From the IMG/VR virus record IMGVR_UViG_3300010267_000002: a stretch of 56,778 nucleotides of DNA; one strand, written 5' to 3'. The position numbers and the translations under genes were made by a program. Below the pieces are notes generated by a model. The model had not been told where the DNA came from and did no database searches. It saw only the letters and a program-made list of their open reading frames with translations. The first letter of the stretch is position 1; every line of letters begins with the position of its first letter. The DNA is from a virus. Of the stretch, positions 42,754 through 52,518 are shown in pieces.

Positions 42754-42953
42754 GTTATTGGTATTGTCCAAACTGCAAAATAGAACTTGACGGCTGCCAT
42801 GTTACATATGAAGAAAAGTGCGAATATTGTGGTTCGTATGTTTTGTCTGTGCCTGAAACTATATCACAAGAAGAGCTGGACGAGTTAATCAAAGCCAAAG
42901 CAGAAGGGCGACTGAAAATATTGCCTGTAAAAAAGCGCTCCGCACAGCGCTAA
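42750..42953 (+). CDS. Small zinc-ribbon protein
   Basis: GTG 42750 lies after GGAAGGAAGG. Motif CPNC...CEYCG. Confidence 0.55.
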   Translation: MSYWYCPNCKIELDGCHVTYEEKCEYCGSYVLSVPETISQEELDELIKAKAEGRLKILPVKKRSAQR

Positions 42954-43099
42954 AAATAGAAGGAAAGGTGGTGTAATCTCCAGGACATATCTCTTTCGCC
43001 CTGCGGTGCGGCGCAGGGTATTCCTGGAGACATATCAGGCTTTATAGTATTCGCATGCTGTGATTGAATTAGTTGAGGAAGAAGGAGGTAAACCTTGTT

Positions 43100-43765
43100 A
43101 TGAAGGTAAAAATTAAGCACCTGAAACCTGGTACTGTTTTCAATGCCGGCCCTGTGGCCGTTAGAGTTTTGGAGCATTTCCCAGATGGGAAGACCTTGGT
43201 AATAACTGATGAATGTGTCGCTGACAGGCCTTTCACCTGTCAGCCCTTCAAGCCTAACAAGCTTGAAGATTGGAAAGGGAACAACTGGAAGATAAGCATA
43301 CTTCGTACCGACTTAAATAGTAACTTTTTGAATAGCTTCGACGAAGCCGGCGGACCAATACTGTCGGAAAACATCCTTCTGGCAAAATGGGACCTCACCG
43401 ACAACGCTGGCAATAACACTTATGGAAGCGTAACCGATAAAATCGCCCTACTGACGGAAGCCATGTTCAGAAAGTACAGCGAACAAGGGCTTCTTGACTT
43501 AAGAGATTGGTGGTGGTTAATCACACCGTACGCTGGCAGTACGTACCACGTGCGGTGTGTCAACACGGACAACGCGCTGTTCAATTATGATGCATACCAT
43601 GGAAACTGGGGCGTTCGTCCGGCTATGTTTGTAGAATCGGAAATCGAGGTAGAGGTCGAAGAAGACGAAGTCAATCTTTCCGATTCGACACTTCTTGAAG
43701 ACTTCACAACCAGACAGCTTATTGAAGAACTTTTCAGGCGAATAGGCGCGAAAAAGGAGGTTTAG
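43100..43765 (+). CDS. Hypothetical protein (WWWLITPY...GVRPA motif, DUF6273-like)
   Basis: ATG 43100 lies after GAAGGAGG. Confidence 0.6.
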   Translation: MKVKIKHLKPGTVFNAGPVAVRVLEHFPDGKTLVITDECVADRPFTCQPFKPNKLEDWKGNNWKISILRTDLNSNFLNSFDEAGGPILSENILLAKWDLTDNAGNNTYGSVTDKIALLTEAMFRKYSEQGLLDLRDWWWLITPYAGSTYHVRCVNTDNALFNYDAYHGNWGVRPAMFVESEIEVEVEEDEVNLSDSTLLEDFTTRQLIEELFRRIGAKKEV

Positions 43766-43772
43766 GTTTAAC

Positions 43773-44000
43773 ATGGGAGGATTTGTTATCGATGAAACCG
43801 GCAAGGTTGTAATTCATATCAGCTCACCTGACTTACTGACACAAGAGAGTATTGATTTCTGGGAGAAGGAATATGGCATCGAATTGCGATGCGATATATG
43901 CAACGCCCGGTTACAGCCCGGGGACCAAAAAGATCATTTCTGGCCGTACTTTTCGGACCGTAACCGCTGTAAGAGGTGTCTGGAGAAGGAAGGCTGGTAG
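43773..44000 (+). CDS. Small Cys-containing protein
   Basis: 75-aa ORF with SD AAGGAGG. Confidence 0.55.
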   Translation: MGGFVIDETGKVVIHISSPDLLTQESIDFWEKEYGIELRCDICNARLQPGDQKDHFWPYFSDRNRCKRCLEKEGW

Positions 44001-44010
44001 GAGGTAAACC

Positions 44011-44151
44011 ATGAACCGTTATCGTTGTCCCGCATGTGGCGGGAATCAATACACGTCATCGGACACAGCGGAGGGGTGCATCTTCTGCGGACACCAGGGG
44101 GAACTGGAGAAAATGCTGGAGATGGAAAATGAAAGCGAGGGAACTAAATAA
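44011..44151 (+). CDS. Small zinc-ribbon protein (46 aa)
   Basis: GGAGG, then the ATG. Reads MNRYRCPACGGNQYTSSDTAEGCIFCGHQGELEKMLEMENESEGTK*. Confidence 0.5.
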   Translation: MNRYRCPACGGNQYTSSDTAEGCIFCGHQGELEKMLEMENESEGTK

Positions 44152-44163
44152 GGAGGGATTAAC

Positions 44164-44367
44164 TTGATTGAGAAGATATATAGAAACAAATACATGGTCA
44201 GAAACAAATACCTGGCAACATGCGACAATTGCGGAACAGAGCAAGAGTGCGATAGCTGGTCAGATGTAATGGCCTTCATGAACTATGAAGGATGGAAAAC
44301 AAGATTGGTTGACGGGGAATGGAAGCATTTTTGCCCAGAATGTGTGGAGAGTGAGGTCGATGCCTAA
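44164..44367 (+). CDS. Small zinc-ribbon protein homologous to the C-terminal domain of the ThyX-like protein
   Basis: CDNCG...EGWKTRLVDGEWKHFCPEC, compared with CDMCG...AGWSTKIVAGEWINICPAC at 52365-52517. Confidence 0.6.
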   Translation: MIEKIYRNKYMVRNKYLATCDNCGTEQECDSWSDVMAFMNYEGWKTRLVDGEWKHFCPECVESEVDA

Positions 44368-44560
44368 AGTGATATTAGAGTTGCCGGAGTTGCCGGAGGG
44401 TTGTAGAGAATGTAAATTGAGCAAATGGGAGACATGGGAATATGACATAGATACATGGACAAATGTATTAGTTTGCGCTGCATTAGGTGAGGAATGCTCA
44501 GACGAAGGCAGACGGCCAGACTGTCCGCTAAAGCTGGTGGAGGGGAAGGAGGTCGAATAA
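44360..44560 (+). CDS. Small Cys-rich protein
   Basis: ATG 44360 overlaps the upstream end. Same frame as the track ORF 44285..44560. Confidence 0.5.
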   Translation: MPKVILELPELPEGCRECKLSKWETWEYDIDTWTNVLVCAALGEECSDEGRRPDCPLKLVEGKEVE

Positions 44561-44561
44561 C

Positions 44562-44804
44562 GTGAGGTTGAGCATGGATGAATCCGTAATGGAAGGTGGG
44601 CATTTGACGCCAGAGGAAATTAAGCAGTTGTGGCAGGAGAATGAGCAACTACAGGCACATGTGGCACGGATGAGGGAAGCATTAATATTCACAAAAGAAA
44701 AAATATATGAACAATTGTCTAATTATGTTAATGACCCAAAGAAGTTTAAGTATAGCGCAATAAGCATTGAATGTGTACAGAAGATTATAAGAGCTCTTGC
44801 TTAA
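44562..44804 (+). CDS. Hypothetical protein
   Basis: 80-aa ORF. Shares the first 7 codons and the upstream region with 42436..42753. Confidence 0.55.
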   Translation: MRLSMDESVMEGGHLTPEEIKQLWQENEQLQAHVARMREALIFTKEKIYEQLSNYVNDPKKFKYSAISIECVQKIIRALA

Positions 44805-44857
44805 TAGATGGGGTTAAAGCGAGGTGGTCAAAATGCTTACGAAAAGGAGGCGTCACT

Positions 44858-45019
44858 ATGACATATATACTAATATCATTTGCGTTACTTATATCGCTTA
44901 TATGCTTGGGCAATGGTATGAGAAAAGGAGCTACAAAGTTTGACTTAATTGCGAACATGGTGTTCAGTGTTGTATTCTTCGTGTTAGCAATTTTAATACT
45001 GATAGGAGGCACGATATAA
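44858..45019 (+). CDS. Small membrane protein (two transmembrane segments)
   Basis: ATG 44858 lies after AAAGGAGG. Reads MTYILISFALLISLICLG...VFFVLAILILIGG. Confidence 0.55.
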   Translation: MTYILISFALLISLICLGNGMRKGATKFDLIANMVFSVVFFVLAILILIGGTI

Positions 45020-45690
45020 TGCTTGCAATAGCTATAGATGGCGCTTGTCGTAGAAATGGCAAGCCAGATTGTGTATCAGCTGGAGGAGTATTTATAATGT
45101 GTATGGATGAGAATCTTAACCTCATCAACACCGCACTGCTATCCAATTATGAATTGAAGTCTACGAATCAACGTGGTGAACTACTGGCTTTGCTTACGGC
45201 CTTAGACTATGTATATGAGGCGCAGCAGCACGCTCAGATCATTACTGACTCTGAATATCTGTTTAATGCTATGACTAAGGAATGGTACAAGAACTGGATG
45301 AATAATGGTTGGATAACAGCCTCAGGAGCACCAGTTAAGAATAAAGATATTTGGGTTGAGATTATGAATGCTCAAATGAGATGCGAGAAGGCCGGCTATG
45401 AAGTTACCTTTTATTATATCAAAGGTCATGCAGTATCATTTGGAAAAGTGACAGCTAGTAAGCTTATAAATCAAGACAGCTCAGGAAGGCTACTGTATGA
45501 CGCAATCAAGACACGTGTTGAAAGCACTACACTTAAAGAAGGCATATATGACCAGATTGTAGAGCTATCCGTGAAAAATAACGGTTTTGTGTTAGACACA
45601 GACACACTCAATAGATTCATAATAGCTAATACTGTTGCAGATGCTGTGGCAACAAGGTGCGTAGAGGCCGCAGATGCGTTAGTAAAATAA
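45019..45690 (+). CDS. rnhA: Ribonuclease H
   Basis: Motifs IAIDGACRRNG, NQRGELLAL, IITDSEY and IKGH. Confidence 0.8.
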   Translation: MLAIAIDGACRRNGKPDCVSAGGVFIMCMDENLNLINTALLSNYELKSTNQRGELLALLTALDYVYEAQQHAQIITDSEYLFNAMTKEWYKNWMNNGWITASGAPVKNKDIWVEIMNAQMRCEKAGYEVTFYYIKGHAVSFGKVTASKLINQDSSGRLLYDAIKTRVESTTLKEGIYDQIVELSVKNNGFVLDTDTLNRFIIANTVADAVATRCVEAADALVK

Positions 45691-45732
45691 AATTTAGCCG
45701 TAAAATGCGGTATTTACTTATTCCATTAAATA

Positions 45733-45741
45733 TGATATAAT
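45733..45741 (+). promoter_or_regulatory. TGATATAAT extended -10
   Basis: Intergenic, upstream of the 45798 gene. Confidence 0.5.
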
Positions 45742-45797
45742 TATAAATATAGAGGTTAAAACCTTTATAAATACAAGTAAAGGAGGTCTTTTCAACT

Positions 45798-46559
45798 ATG
45801 AAAGACAAAACTAAAGACTTGGTAGTTAAAGACGAAACTACCGAATTAGTAAATCAGACTGGGATGCCGCTTGGCTTTGAGGATGACGATGCCAGTGATA
45901 TGATTATCCCACGCGTCAAGGTGATCCAAACACTAAGTCCTGAACGCAAGGACAAAATCGCTAATGAGGGCGACATTATCAATTCACTCACTAAAGAAAA
46001 ACTTAATGGTAAAGTGTTTATTCCTGTATTTAAGTTCAACAACAACATCTGGTGGAAAGATCGTTCAGAGGGAGGCGGTATTCGTTGTATCGCTAGAGAC
46101 GGTAAAGTCGGCACAAGATCCGATGGAACAACTTTAGTATGTGCATCCTGTAAGCGTTGTGAATTTGATAACACTAAGCAGGGCAAGGAATCACTTCCTA
46201 CATGCACGAAATATATTAACTTCTTCGGATTTTTTGCCGGTGAGCGTATGCCAATCATTCTAAGCTTTGCAAAGACTAGCTACAATGAAGGCAAGAAGCT
46301 CTATAGCTTAGCTAAAGTAACAATGCAAAACATGTGGAACTATGGTTATGCGTTGACTGAAAAGCTTCAAGCTAAGGGCGGAAATGAATGGTACATATGT
46401 GTACCTACTCCAGCAGGCCCCACTGAAGAGTCTGACAGAGAATTTGGCTTAGCACTGTATAAGATGTATCGTAATTCAATTCAGAATATTGAGTACGATA
46501 TGGAAGACAATACTTCAGCTAGTACCCCCGATCCAAACATAGAAGCAACAGAATTCTAA
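45798..46559 (+). CDS. Hypothetical protein with an acidic C-terminal tail (possible ssDNA-binding or annealing role)
   Basis: 253 aa. The tail DPNIEATEF resembles single-strand DNA-binding protein (SSB)-type tips. Sits in a replication-gene neighbourhood. Confidence 0.5.
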   Translation: MKDKTKDLVVKDETTELVNQTGMPLGFEDDDASDMIIPRVKVIQTLSPERKDKIANEGDIINSLTKEKLNGKVFIPVFKFNNNIWWKDRSEGGGIRCIARDGKVGTRSDGTTLVCASCKRCEFDNTKQGKESLPTCTKYINFFGFFAGERMPIILSFAKTSYNEGKKLYSLAKVTMQNMWNYGYALTEKLQAKGGNEWYICVPTPAGPTEESDREFGLALYKMYRNSIQNIEYDMEDNTSASTPDPNIEATEF

Positions 46560-46606
46560 TCAGTTCTGCAGAGGGGTGCATCTGCACTCCTAGTCTTTTT
46601 TGAGGG

Positions 46607-49585
46607 GTGGGTAATATTAGATGGAGTGAATATACGAATAGGATTTTAGCCGAGGTTGATAATGAAGCATTTTTCCTGAGCATATTAAACAATGTGCAAC
46701 GCAGAGGTCAAGAATGCAAAGCAGAATGTCCCTTCAAAGATCTACACGAATCCAAAACAGACAATAATCCATCTCTTACAGTTAACTTAGCAAAAGGTGT
46801 TTATTATTGCAACAGCTGCCATTCCAAGGGCAATATCCACACAATGCTTCGTGCAATAGAAGGGTTGTCTAGTGAGGAGGCGTGGTTTAAACTTGGCGAT
46901 AGCCTTAAAATTCCTAGACCTGATGGTACTAGACCTACACGACCAGATATTGAACCAGGGCTGGCTCAGCATTATCATAAAGCGCTGATGAGCATGACTG
47001 GACCTATCCGCGACGTACTAAGAGAACGCAGAGGCTTAACAGATGACACTTTAAAAAAGTTCAAACTAGGATGGGACGGGGACAGGATTACTATACCAAT
47101 ATATGATGAGTTCAATGTATTGGTAAACTTTAGGCGTTACAAATGGAACTCAACGGATGACCAATGGAAAGTACTTAACTATGTAGATGAGTATGGTAAC
47201 ACTTATGGTGAGGTACGTATCTTTGGTATAGATCGTGTGTTAGATGACTCAATTGACTACATAGTATGGTGCGAAGGTGAGATGGACCGCATCATCGCTG
47301 AGCAGTATGGATTTCCTGCTGCCTGCGCCACTAGTGGTGCTGGTACATGGAAAGCTGATTGGACTAGGCTATTCAGGAACAAGAAGCGTGTATATCTTGC
47401 CCAAGATAACGATGAGGCAGGCAGGAACGCTACCAAAAAGCTATGCGAGAAGCTCTACAGAGTTGTGGACGTTTTTGTAGTTAATTGGCCCAGCGACTTT
47501 CCTGTTAAAGGCGACATAACTGATTTCTTTGTAAAATGCAATCAGACGGCAGAAGACTTTCAGGCACTTCTAGATAACGCAACTAAATACATCGACCCCT
47601 TGCTTAAAGAGGACAGGGTTGCTGATGAGAGCGAAGCTATAGAGGTACATTTGTCTGAGAGTTCAGACGCTACACTATACGGAAAAAGAATCAGAGTACC
47701 TGTAATGGTTAGCGGTAAAGATAACACGCCATATCTATGCCCTAAACGCATAAAAGCATTCTGTGGTGATGCTGCAGATGGTGACAATAAGAAGTGTGCA
47801 AAGTGCAATCTATCAGTGCACGCAGGTGAGTTAATCTTCACAGTTGAGCCATCTAATAAGGACTTGATGAAACTAATAAAATGTACAGATAAGCAGCAGC
47901 AAGCGATCATATATGAGATGCTTGGTGTAAATGCAAGATGTGATCGCTGCAGGATAGACATTGAAGAGTACATGAATATTGAAGAAATTAGATTGATTCC
48001 TAAGGCAGAAGCTAACTTTGGATTCTCTAAAGAGCATGAATATGTAGTTCGTACAGGGTACTGCATAGGAAATGATCTAAAGACAAACAAGCGGTATACA
48101 ATGGCTGGTTACATGTATCCAGATCCATCATCGCAATATGCTACATACATATTTGATAAGGTGTACCCAGAGAAAGACTTAATAAGCGATTTCGAACTCA
48201 ATGATGAAGTTATAGAGTATCTTAAGCTGTTCCAAGTAACTGATGGTCAAACGGTACAAGATAAATTCAAAGAGATACATACAGATCTTGAGAGAAACGT
48301 AACGTATATCTGGGAACGAAGTAATGTAGCATTTGCTGTTGATTTAATATATCACACAGTGCTTAACTTTTATTTTCAAGATCAGTTTGTAAAACGTGGC
48401 TGGGGGGAGCTACTGATAATTGGCGACTCAGGCCAAGCGAAAACTACTATTGTAGAGCGTCTGATGCAGCACTACAGACTAGGTGAATTACATTCAGGTG
48501 AATCATCTAGAAGAACTGGGCTAGTATACAATATGCAGCAGAACAACAAAAGGTGGTTCTTAGTTTGGGGAGCATTTCCGTTAAATGATGGAGGACTGAT
48601 AGCCATTGATGAACTATCAGGACTTAGCGAAGAGGACCTCGCAATACTGTCAGATGTAAGATCAAGCGGAATTGCAAAAGCAACTGGAGTTATTACAGCA
48701 GAAACTACAAGTAGAACTAGAGCCATCTATATATCAAACCCTAGAAATGGCAGACCGCTTAACTCAGAAACTTATGGGGTTAATGCAGTCCTTAAACTCA
48801 TGGGTAAAGCGGAGGATGTCAGACGTTTGGATCTTGTTATATCAGTGGCCTCAGGAGACGTTGATCCGACTCTCGTTAATAGGCCGCTTAAAGACATGCC
48901 TGCCGTGCCACATGTGTACACGTCTGATGCTTGTAATGCTAGGGTCCTATGGGCCTGGAGCCGTAGGCCTGAGAATATCAAAATAACAGAAGAGGCAACG
49001 CAACGCATACTTAGCAAGGCCACCGAGATGGGCGCATATTACACATCGAAGGTGCCTATAGTTGAAGCGGCTGACCAGAGACTTAAGATAGCCAGACTAG
49101 CCGTTTCTGCGGCATGTTGTGTATGTTCTACAGATGAGACATTTGAAAATGTAATAGTTAAACCTGAGCATGTGGACTTCGTTGTAGATTTCATGAATAA
49201 AATTTATAAAGCAAAAAGCTTTGGGTATGATAAACTAAGTGAACAAGAGCGCTTAACATCAGACACATCAGAATCTAACATTACTAAGCTTAGAGCTATG
49301 TTCCTTACATTACCATTAGTAGACGCTAATGAGATGGCTAAAATATTGTACCAGTTGCCTTACTTTAGTCGTGCTACACTTGAAGACTACACGGGACTAG
49401 CAAAGGATGATCTTAGGCTATTGCTCAAGTTCTTAACTACGCAGCACCTTGTAGATAAATTCAAAGGTGACTATCGTAGATTACCGCTTGGTACCCAGTT
49501 GTTTGAGAATCTTACAACAGTTCCTATAACCAGAGAAGAAATAGAAGCGGCGCGTAAAAGCTACTACGCACCATCAGACTTTTAG
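46607..49585 (+). CDS. Primase-helicase (CHC2 zinc finger, Toprim, C-terminal P-loop ATPase)
   Basis: Motifs CPFKDLHESKTDNNPSL...CNSCHSKG, CEGEMD...AQDNDEAGR, Walker A-like GDSGQAKT and Walker B-like IAIDE. Confidence 0.85.
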   Translation: MGNIRWSEYTNRILAEVDNEAFFLSILNNVQRRGQECKAECPFKDLHESKTDNNPSLTVNLAKGVYYCNSCHSKGNIHTMLRAIEGLSSEEAWFKLGDSLKIPRPDGTRPTRPDIEPGLAQHYHKALMSMTGPIRDVLRERRGLTDDTLKKFKLGWDGDRITIPIYDEFNVLVNFRRYKWNSTDDQWKVLNYVDEYGNTYGEVRIFGIDRVLDDSIDYIVWCEGEMDRIIAEQYGFPAACATSGAGTWKADWTRLFRNKKRVYLAQDNDEAGRNATKKLCEKLYRVVDVFVVNWPSDFPVKGDITDFFVKCNQTAEDFQALLDNATKYIDPLLKEDRVADESEAIEVHLSESSDATLYGKRIRVPVMVSGKDNTPYLCPKRIKAFCGDAADGDNKKCAKCNLSVHAGELIFTVEPSNKDLMKLIKCTDKQQQAIIYEMLGVNARCDRCRIDIEEYMNIEEIRLIPKAEANFGFSKEHEYVVRTGYCIGNDLKTNKRYTMAGYMYPDPSSQYATYIFDKVYPEKDLISDFELNDEVIEYLKLFQVTDGQTVQDKFKEIHTDLERNVTYIWERSNVAFAVDLIYHTVLNFYFQDQFVKRGWGELLIIGDSGQAKTTIVERLMQHYRLGELHSGESSRRTGLVYNMQQNNKRWFLVWGAFPLNDGGLIAIDELSGLSEEDLAILSDVRSSGIAKATGVITAETTSRTRAIYISNPRNGRPLNSETYGVNAVLKLMGKAEDVRRLDLVISVASGDVDPTLVNRPLKDMPAVPHVYTSDACNARVLWAWSRRPENIKITEEATQRILSKATEMGAYYTSKVPIVEAADQRLKIARLAVSAACCVCSTDETFENVIVKPEHVDFVVDFMNKIYKAKSFGYDKLSEQERLTSDTSESNITKLRAMFLTLPLVDANEMAKILYQLPYFSRATLEDYTGLAKDDLRLLLKFLTTQHLVDKFKGDYRRLPLGTQLFENLTTVPITREEIEAARKSYYAPSDF

Positions 49586-49598
49586 GAGGTCGAGGAAA

Positions 49599-49865
49599 GT
49601 GAAGTTAGAAATTGAAATTGATGAAGCCTACATAGCCGAATTGGTATCTCAGGAAATCGCAAGACGCATTGTTGAAACGCATGGATATGAAAATCACGAA
49701 GCAAGATATGGAATAAGGGAAGGTGTAGACAAAGGAATCAAGCAATATATCTATTCAAAGAAAGATGCAATAATCGACAGGGTTGTAGATAGAGCGACCG
49801 TTGAAATTGTTAAGAAGGGTTTGCCTAAGTTGCTAGAAAATATCGTAAATACAAAGGAGGTTTGA
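49599..49865 (+). CDS. Hypothetical protein
   Basis: 88-aa ORF with a GTG start after GGAGG. Confidence 0.55.
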   Translation: MKLEIEIDEAYIAELVSQEIARRIVETHGYENHEARYGIREGVDKGIKQYIYSKKDAIIDRVVDRATVEIVKKGLPKLLENIVNTKEV

Positions 49866-50906
49866 ATGATAGAATATGAACAATTATTAGCTAAGCCACA
49901 GGGTAGCCTTGCAGTTGCCGCTCTAAAGAAGCTGACTAATTGCCACGTGTATAGTACAGTAACACAAGAAGAAGACGAGGAGGCCTGGTTGAAGGCCCGA
50001 ACTATAGGGATAGGCGGCTCTGATATAGGAGCTATATGTGGTGTAAGTCCATTCTCTTCAGCTAGACAGGTTTACTTAAATAAGACAGGGCAATTTCAAG
50101 ATGCACTTAAACCAAACGCCGCAGCACAAGAACGTATGCACTTTGGACATCTGTTAGAGCCTGTAGTAGCTGATGAGTACGCAAGACGGACTGGTGCAAG
50201 ACTACTAACTATCAATGCTTTACTGCAACACAATGAGTACCCTTGGGCTATTGCTAATATTGATAGGCTTATTATTGATGAAGAAGGCAATCCTATTGGT
50301 GTGCTTGAGTGCAAAACTACAAGTGAGTACAATAATGATGCCTGGGAAAGCGGTGACTTACTTACGTCTTACATATACCAACTAAATTGGTACCTATGGA
50401 TATTAGGCTTGGAAAAAGGCGTATTTGCTTGCCTTGTAGGTGGCAATAAATTTTATCACTATGACGTATTCAGAAATGATGAGCTACTGAGAGATACAAT
50501 AATACCAGCGGCTAAAAGCTTTTGGTATGACAATGTATTGGCCCTCAAAGAACCTGAGATGCAATCTACTGATACAGAGTTTGCAAACGGTATTTATAGT
50601 TCAGTAGTTAAGAACTCAGAAATTATACTTGACGACGACATATCAAATGACTTAGCAGCTACTATCCTTGATTGTAAGGCAAAGATTAAAGAACTGACAA
50701 AGACAATGGAAGAAGCGCAGAACAGACTTAAAGATCGCATTAAAGATAAAGAGATAGCGTACACCAAAGATTATACAATCAAATGGTCACCTAGGGCACA
50801 GAATAGGGTAGACACAGAAATGCTAAAAACGCAGTTCCCTGAAATATACGAGAAAGTTCTAAAACGCATTGAGTTTAGAGCTATGTATGTAAAAGGAGGA
50901 GCTTAA
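49866..50906 (+). CDS. YqaJ-like (lambda Exo-type) recombination exonuclease
   Basis: Motifs IGIGGSDIGAICGVSPFSSARQVY and ECKT. Confidence 0.8.
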   Translation: MIEYEQLLAKPQGSLAVAALKKLTNCHVYSTVTQEEDEEAWLKARTIGIGGSDIGAICGVSPFSSARQVYLNKTGQFQDALKPNAAAQERMHFGHLLEPVVADEYARRTGARLLTINALLQHNEYPWAIANIDRLIIDEEGNPIGVLECKTTSEYNNDAWESGDLLTSYIYQLNWYLWILGLEKGVFACLVGGNKFYHYDVFRNDELLRDTIIPAAKSFWYDNVLALKEPEMQSTDTEFANGIYSSVVKNSEIILDDDISNDLAATILDCKAKIKELTKTMEEAQNRLKDRIKDKEIAYTKDYTIKWSPRAQNRVDTEMLKTQFPEIYEKVLKRIEFRAMYVKGGA

Positions 50907-50909
50907 AGT

Positions 50910-51296
50910 ATGCCAGTAAATCCATTAGAGCATATGCTCAAAATGCAGAAAGAATTTCAGGATCGCGTCGACCCGCGCTACAACAGTGGCTTAAAAGAAC
51001 GCGCGGCATTCCTTAGAGACCACTTCGTATTCTGCAATCAGGAACTACATGAGATGCTGTATGAGGTACCATTTTTCAAACACTGGAAGAACTACAGTAA
51101 TATGACAGATGAAGAGATTGCTGAGGCATTTGATAAAGCAAAGAATGAGCTGATTGACGCTTGGCATTTCTTTATGAATTTATCAATAGGTCTAGGTATG
51201 GATGCAGAAGAGTTCTATCAACGTTATTTAGATAAGCATAAAGAAAATATAAGGCGCCAAGATGAAGGGTACGACCACACTATGAAACATATTTAA
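50910..51296 (+). CDS. All-alpha NTP pyrophosphohydrolase (dimeric dUTPase / MazG-like)
   Basis: Pattern QELHEM...KHWK...ELIDAWHFFMN...YLDKHKENIRR. Confidence 0.6.
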   Translation: MPVNPLEHMLKMQKEFQDRVDPRYNSGLKERAAFLRDHFVFCNQELHEMLYEVPFFKHWKNYSNMTDEEIAEAFDKAKNELIDAWHFFMNLSIGLGMDAEEFYQRYLDKHKENIRRQDEGYDHTMKHI

Positions 51297-51307
51297 GGGG
51301 GATAATC

Positions 51308-51586
51308 ATGACTAATAAAGTTGTTAATTTACCAGATGCCTGCACCGTCCGTATGGACAGTGCGCTATACGAGTCAGATGACTTCGTAGCAATATTGTCA
51401 AAGAAAGACGGCGACACGGCAATATTCTATAACACTGACGCGTTAACGCTAGGCATGGCTTTTAAGTTAGTTGCTAAGGAATTTGTTAAGTGCGTGGAGC
51501 AATGCTCGCCATCAGAGCAACAAGAGATAGAAGCTATACTATGTGATGCAAATATAATGGAAAGGTTGCGTGGGGCTGATGAATAG
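51308..51586 (+). CDS. Hypothetical protein
   Basis: 92-aa ORF with SD AAGGGGG. Confidence 0.55.
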   Translation: MTNKVVNLPDACTVRMDSALYESDDFVAILSKKDGDTAIFYNTDALTLGMAFKLVAKEFVKCVEQCSPSEQQEIEAILCDANIMERLRGADE

Positions 51587-52517
51587 AATAGAAGTTAAGA
51601 TACTAAATCCAGACGCAGTAACGGATGCTGAACGCATGATGGTTGCAATGGCTCGCCTAACACAACGCGGACATAACATTAGTAATATGAATGACTTTCT
51701 GGAACTACTGAACAAACCATATTCTGATAAACTTGTAGATTCTATGGTGTCGTTACCCCATCCAACCATCCAGAAGTTTGGCATTATAAATGTTGCTGTA
51801 GTTGGGGCGTCGCGTCGCTTCTTAGCACAAATAACACGGCATCAAAATGAAGTCAAGTTTATGTCTGGCTCATTACAGTATTCTGATTATTCTGGTAAGG
51901 CACAGTTCGTTGTACCTTATGAGATAATTAAATATGATAATGAAAACCCAGGCAAGCATGTTACAGACCTCTACATAGATGGTTGCTTAAGAGACTTATC
52001 TGAATATGAAGACCTTGTAAAATTAGTTGGTAGAGATGCAGCAGGCTATAAGATGCCACAAGGCATGCGTAATGTGCTATTGATTTCGGCCACGCCATAC
52101 CAATTAAAGCATATGATACGTCAACGAACTTGTAACAGGAATACGCTGGAGACCCAGTATGTTATGTTGTTAATATGGGAACAGCTATGGAGGCTAAGTA
52201 GCATGTACCATGACTGTGGACCATTCTGCACTACAGGCAGCTGCCCAGAAGGTAAGATGTGTTGCGGTAAACCATTTGGCGGATTAGCAAATCCTACGGT
52301 GTTACTGGATACGCGATTCAAATATATCAGGGGGAGTAAGTTGGCTATCGATAAAGAATATGGCAAGTACATTGTTACTTGCGACATGTGTGGTGATACC
52401 TTACCGGCTGAAGACACTCACAATGATGCTAGACGCGCAGTTAAGGAAGCTGGTTGGAGCACTAAGATTGTAGCCGGTGAATGGATAAATATCTGTCCCG
52501 CTTGTGAGGAGGTGTGA
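51570..52517 (+). CDS. thyX: ThyX-like flavin-dependent thymidylate synthase homologue with a C-terminal zinc-ribbon domain
   Basis: ITRHQNEVKFMSGSLQYS, where ThyX normally has RHRxxSxxxxSxRY. LKHMIRQRTCNRNTLETQ. Extra C-terminal CDMCG...CPAC domain. Confidence 0.6.
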   Translation: MGLMNRIEVKILNPDAVTDAERMMVAMARLTQRGHNISNMNDFLELLNKPYSDKLVDSMVSLPHPTIQKFGIINVAVVGASRRFLAQITRHQNEVKFMSGSLQYSDYSGKAQFVVPYEIIKYDNENPGKHVTDLYIDGCLRDLSEYEDLVKLVGRDAAGYKMPQGMRNVLLISATPYQLKHMIRQRTCNRNTLETQYVMLLIWEQLWRLSSMYHDCGPFCTTGSCPEGKMCCGKPFGGLANPTVLLDTRFKYIRGSKLAIDKEYGKYIVTCDMCGDTLPAEDTHNDARRAVKEAGWSTKIVAGEWINICPACEEV

Positions 52518-52518
52518 C

